From Nitrosomonadales bacterium (GTDB lineage Bacteria > Pseudomonadota > Gammaproteobacteria > Burkholderiales > Sulfuricellaceae), in the NCBI GenBank assembly GCA_003104895.1, contig PQAG01000055.1:1-42288 (forward strand): a stretch of 42,288 bases of DNA, read 5' to 3'. Position numbers and translations under genes: made by a program. The number at the start of each line of letters is the position of its first letter. Within the stretch, counting starts at the first letter, position 1. This document shows positions 40,664 to 42,288 of the stretch, piece after piece. The notes below the pieces were generated by a model. That model did no database searches. It was not told the origin of the DNA and saw only the letters and a list, made by a program, of their open reading frames with translations.

Positions 40664-42288
40664 GGTCTGGATCGCCTCGCCTTTTTTCATCATGGTTTGC
40701 GCTCGCACTCGCCTGCAGCGCTTCCTTTTCCAGCAGGATTATCTGGATGTCCATGACGTTCGTTCCCGTTGGACCGGTCTTGAAATGGCTGTTCGTCCCT
40801 GACTGGGTATCAAGTTGTTGAAAAAAACCATAGGAATCATTGTTGTAAAGATAGGTAACCGGCTCCATGCCGAGACAACGCGCCCGTCCTGCCGTGTTGC
40901 CGTCGACCAGTGCGCCTGCGGCATCGGTCGGCCCGTCGCCCCCGTCCGTGCCGGCGGAAAGCAGGGTTACCCCGTTCAATCCGTCAACTTCCATGGAAAA
41001 AGCCAATGCCAGCTCCTGATTTCGGCCTCCTTTTCCCCCGCCCCTGACGGTAACGGTGGTTTCGCCACCGGATAACAAACACCGCCGTTCACCTGCATTC
41101 ATCCTGGTCAAAGTCATTCGCGCTGTTCGCGCCAGGAGGTGTGCGGCGTCACGCGCTTCCCCCTGAAGTTCGGCAGTGATTATCTGTGCGGCAATTCCGA
41201 ACTGCCTGGATTTTTCCGCCGCCGCCGCCAGTGCCAGGCTGATCCCGCCGACAATCACGTTGCGGGTTGAGGTCAGACAGGGGTCGCCATCTTTGACCGT
41301 TTCTGGAACGAATCCGGCAATACCCCGTTGCAGGTAATTCCTGACGCGCGACGGTATTTTTTCCTGCAGCCCATATTTCTCGATTACTGACCAGGCATAG
41401 TCAAAACTGGCGCCGTCAGGCGCGGTCGGACCGGAAGCGATGACATCGAGCCGGTCGCCAATCACGTCTGAAAGAATCATCGTCAACATCTGCGCCGGGA
41501 AGGCGGCTTGCGCCAGTCTTCCGCCCTTGACCGCAGAAAGATGCTTGCGCACGGCGTTCAACTCGCCGATGGTTGCGCCCGCTTTCAGCAGCAAGGCAGT
41601 CACTTCCTGCTTGTCCTGCAGCGTCAACTCCGCTACCGGCGCGGCCAGCAGCGCAGACGCGCCGCCAGATAGCAGGCAGATAAGCAGCGTCTTCTCATCA
41701 GCAGCCCGCACCATTTCCAGAATGCGCTGCGCTCCCTCCACGCCGGCCTCATTTGGCACTGGATGGGAAGCCTCGATCTGACAAACTTTGCACCGCGGCG
41801 CGGTGTGGCCTTCCTTCACAACAATCAGCCCGGCTGAAATCCGCTCGCCGAGCAGGTTTTCGATAGCCAAGGCCATGCGCGCAGTAGCCTTGCCTGCACC
41901 GACCACGACGATACGGCTGAAAGCTTCAAGCTGGTAGGTGGCATCGGCTACAACAAGGCAGTAATTTTCAAGCTTTGTGGCGTTAAGTACGGCCTGGTAG
42001 GGATCAACTGCGGCCAAGGCGGCGCTGAAAATATTCGTTAGAACAGATGATGGCGCTTCTTCTCCGCTATTCCCGCCAGACAGAAGTTGCAGCACCGTTT
42101 CGTTCCAGCCAAGTGGGCCTTGGCTATACGTTTTCACCAGCCCGGCCATGGCTATGCGGGAATCGAAACTGCCATCCTCGTGCCTGACCAGCACAGGACA
42201 ATCCACCGCCTGGAGCATGGGCAGATCGTTAAAACCATCGCCCAGCCCAATGCTGAAGATTTCGCCATATTCTTGTTCATAGAGCGAC
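40656..42288 (-). CDS. fusion protein: HAD-IIB sugar-phosphoglycerate phosphatase-like domain (N-terminal part outside the window) plus DUF4147/MOFRL glycerate kinase
   Basis: The frame stays open upstream of the ORF-track Met to the window edge (...SLYEQEYGEIFSIGLGDGFNDLPMLQAVDCPVLV). This is HAD motif IV, GDGxNDxxML, of the Cof/YedP/MPGP type. The following 470 aa or so carry the MOFRL glycerate-kinase motifs GAGKAT, LLSGGASALL, LSGGETTVTV.GGGKGGRNQE, GTDGGDGPTDAAGA and TGPTGTNVMD. Confidence 0.85.
   Translation of the reverse strand, partial: SLYEQEYGEIFSIGLGDGFNDLPMLQAVDCPVLVRHEDGSFDSRIAMAGLVKTYSQGPLGWNETVLQLLSGGNSGEEAPSSVLTNIFSAALAAVDPYQAVLNATKLENYCLVVADATYQLEAFSRIVVVGAGKATARMALAIENLLGERISAGLIVVKEGHTAPRCKVCQIEASHPVPNEAGVEGAQRILEMVRAADEKTLLICLLSGGASALLAAPVAELTLQDKQEVTALLLKAGATIGELNAVRKHLSAVKGGRLAQAAFPAQMLTMILSDVIGDRLDVIASGPTAPDGASFDYAWSVIEKYGLQEKIPSRVRNYLQRGIAGFVPETVKDGDPCLTSTRNVIVGGISLALAAAAEKSRQFGIAAQIITAELQGEARDAAHLLARTARMTLTRMNAGERRCLLSGGETTVTVRGGGKGGRNQELALAFSMEVDGLNGVTLLSAGTDGGDGPTDAAGALVDGNTAGRARCLGMEPVTYLYNNDSYGFFQQLDTQSGTNSHFKTGPTGTNVMDIQIILLEKEALQASASANHDEKRRGDPDHE

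Overview
High-GC proteobacterial chromosomal window. The left-hand gene order trpB-trpA-accD-folC-SPOR(dedD-like)-cvpA-purF-metZ is the arrangement I associate with Betaproteobacteria; that attribution is inference, and no search was run.

Layout:
- nt 1-9140: core metabolism, all on the + strand (tryptophan synthase, AccD, FolC, CvpA, PurF, O-succinylhomoserine sulfhydrylase, a phosphofructokinase).
- nt 9.4-10.0 kb: an AT-richer spacer of about 570 nt with no ORF.
- nt 10002-20770: a tightly packed six-gene two-component/phosphorelay operon. It contains an HD-GYP response regulator, a REC-GHKL protein, a transmitter-less PAS sensor, a kinase with two transmitter cores, a single-domain receiver, and a REC-PAS-HK-REC-HPt hybrid.
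- Next come a bidirectional terminator, tRNA-Lys(UUU) on the minus strand, and hslO-hslR plus an unknown ORF.
- nt 22991-29902: a complete, translationally coupled System I cytochrome c maturation operon ccmABCDEFGHI.
- dusC converges on ccmI.
- nt 30.8-42.3 kb: looks more accessory, with mixed strands and visibly lower GC in places. It holds a secreted helical protein, an ORF-poor stretch with broken reading frames, a secreted pentapeptide-repeat protein, a CBS plus ArsB/NhaD-type permease pair, LapA-like, DUF389-like and MarR genes. It ends with a minus-strand operon that looks like a glycosyl-glycerate (compatible solute) locus, headed by an unusual HAD-phosphatase::glycerate-kinase fusion that runs off the window.

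Other points:
- A SAM-II-like leader with an intrinsic attenuator sits upstream of metZ.
- I found no CRISPR array, transposase, integrase or rRNA.
- All domain calls come from motifs read in the supplied translations, not from database searches.
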